Part shown: positions 61,801 to 64,000 of the stretch, in pieces
Layout: the number at the start of each line of letters is the position of its first letter
How positions within the stretch are numbered: position 1 is the stretch's first letter
Assembly: GCA_015680685.1 (NCBI GenBank)
Contig: MNCI01000527.1
Location: forward strand, 62,001 to 126,000
DNA: 64,000 nucleotides
DNA from: Gnetum montanum
Taxonomy: Eukaryota > Plantae > Gnetophyta
Direction of reading: 5' to 3'
The notes under the pieces: generated by a model
Seen by the model: only the letters and a program-made list of their open reading frames with translations
The model's database searches: none
What the model was told of the DNA's origin: nothing
Made by a program: the position numbers and the translations under genes

Positions 61801-64000
61801 TTGACTACTACCATGACTTATTGAGGGGATCTATATCCTTTCTTGAAGACTTGATAGTGAAGTTCATTAAGAACTTCAAGTATAGTTTGAAGCCTGACAC
61901 TACACTTGATCAATTGATGAAGGTCAATTAAGGACCCCTTGAATCAGTGCAAAAGTTCATCTAATGATGGAATGGTCTTTTTAACAAGATACTAGAGCTT
62001 ATAGATGAAACCCATCCTTTGGCTATTTTCAAGGAAATGGTTAATGACTTAATCAAGTCTAAGCTGTATTACCTTAACTTCTTGTTTCTTTATCAAGTGT
62101 TCTCCCAAACTGAAAACATAGAGGATGTTGTAGAAGCTAGCCATAACCTTGCTTACATGACATAAAAAAATCAACACATGTGAAGGGATAAAGAGAGGGG
62201 TAAACAAAATAATGTGGTTGTAGTAATAATAACTAAAGAGACCAAAAGTACTAACCAAGGACCAAAGGCCAACCCACCCAAAGCAGTTGCTAACAATTGA
62301 AATAGTTCATCACTAACCTCGAGGGCCATTGCATCGACTGCTCCTAGGACAAACTTTGGGTGGAAGGAAAAGATAAAATACACTAGTTTACCTTTAAAGC
62401 CATCTAGAGTATTGGATCGATTATTGAAGAGTGGACATATATAATATAAGCAAATGATCAAAGCCACTTAGAAGAAGCATGAGCAGCTATGCAAAATAGC
62501 CAAAGACCCCACTTGAGTAACAAAGGATAACCCTCAATTTCCTAGTTTCTTTAAGCTAGACTACATTTGCCACTATCACCAACTACATAGTCATGATATA
62601 GAATTTTGCCTCATGCTTAAGGATGACCTACAAAAAATGATAGATAGGGGATAGTTAATCATAGATGCCTCAACTTGATCTGACTGCAAAATCAGTTGAT
62701 GTAGGTGTATAAGGACTAATTGAACACTAATAATAGCCCCTATGTTATATTACTATTCAACATCGATGGTAATTGGAAACCAATGAGGGAACCATTCATG
62801 ATTCAAGTACCCCCTATTGATGAAAGGGCCTCTTCAACTTCCACTAGCTCAAGACCCCCTTTTTGTAGTGAGAGTACCATCGTAAGCATCTCCAAGGGAG
62901 CCTTTTGTAATTAAGGTGACCCAACCTAATATAAGCTAACCAGCCATAGTCTAACTGACATCATAACCATACCATGATCTCCTGTGGTGGCCAATGCTAC
63001 AACCTCTTCCTCATAACCAACAAATGACAACAAAAAAGCCTCAACCAAGCAGAGAAAGAAGCATAAACAAAATCGTAATAACAAGGGTGATAAGTAGACC
63101 AAGGCAAGAAAGGAAGTGGATCCACTAAAGCCCACTTCCATATTGTCTATGCCCATGACCTTCTCTACCTAGCCTAGCTCAATGAGCAAACCATACGAGG
63201 ATCCCAAAATTTGAAGCCATAAGAAAGAGGAGAGGCCATAGCAAAAACAACCTTAGCATGAAGTTCACATTTTGAAGGCACATGGAGGAAGTAAAATACA
63301 ACTAGGACAACAAGCCCACAACCAATGACAAAAGATTCCTTAATTGGATGGAGCAAGTCAAGAAATTCCTCAAATAGAAAAACATAACCTTGAGCTTGTA
63401 TGACTTAATCATGACTTCTCCTACATATTGTGAATTGCTAGTCAAAATATTGACATCTATCCCAATTAGTGAGGACATCCATACTAATGAGGAATACATA
63501 CATGTAGTAATGATTCATTTTTCACTAAGGGAAAAGAAGTTAACATTGTTAATGTTTCATGATAGAAAAGTCAAAACCAGCTCCCAAAATGGTGAAGTAA
63601 TTAGGGATCCTCTTTTTATAACCATATGTGTAGGGCAGCACAAGGTGCATCGAGTGCATGTTGACGATGGTGCTGCAACTAATGTTATCCCATCTACCAT
63701 TGTTGAGTGCCTAGGTTTGATTGAGCAAATACCACATATGACAACCACAACTCTCATGTCCTTCAAGGGATCAAGGGTTTTTGTGAAGGGGTCTATCTCC
63801 TTGGACTTTATGGTAGGGGAGCGATTCCCCACACTCACCAATTTCTTGGTGGTGGAGGAGATATCAGGGTTTAACCTTATCCTAGGAAGACCTTGGTTGG
63901 CTCAGTTATGAATCGTGTCTTCACCTATCTAGCAAGAAATTCATCTTCCTTATGAGGAAGGTGAAATCATCATTCATAGTGATAACGTGGTTTCCTTGGC
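58419..64000 (+). mobile_element. 5' portion of a Tat/Ogre-like Ty3/gypsy element (LTR, gag, protease), continues beyond the window
   Basis: Abruptly interrupts the tandem array at TGAAACACC; long LTR/leader; gag FNKYNGECDPNTHL (61626-61931); CHYHxxxxHxxxxC knuckle at about 62568-62610; protease VDDGAATNVI...FNLILGRPWL (63390-63911). Confidence 0.85.
60640..64000 (+). pseudogene. gag and aspartic protease remnants
   Basis: Retrotransposon gag and protease motifs as above, interrupted by stops. Confidence 0.8.

Overview
AT-rich land-plant nuclear DNA, probably from a non-seed plant (inferred from composition and TE types), dominated by nested, decayed transposons. There is one apparently intact host gene: a minus-strand, three-exon coiled-coil protein of the At5g41620/At1g50660/BRANCHLESS TRICHOME-like family (25990-30737, about 708 aa) with a GC-rich, CpG-retaining 5' region. 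Left of it lies the 3' part of a Tat/Ogre-like Ty3 element with extra ORFs and a palindromic repeat field. Next is a pol-less Athila-type element (8396-24755) carrying a younger full Athila-type element (9346-18059, TSD ATTGG). Right of the gene is a DNA-transposon-like block (about 32.6-46 kb). It holds degenerate CACTA-like inverted ends, a 5S rRNA promoter fragment, an intronless CCR4-type deadenylase pseudogene, a possible Ulp1-type protease remnant, two solo LTRs and a decayed At1g60560-like SWIM/MULE transposase gene. The window ends with a second Athila-type element (46234-56049), a ~134-bp tandem array and the 5' part of another Tat/Ogre-like element. The most novel candidate is the TE-associated cargo set (deadenylase, possible SUMO-protease, Pol III promoter, SWIM transposase). 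All family assignments come from motif recognition by eye; no database search was run.
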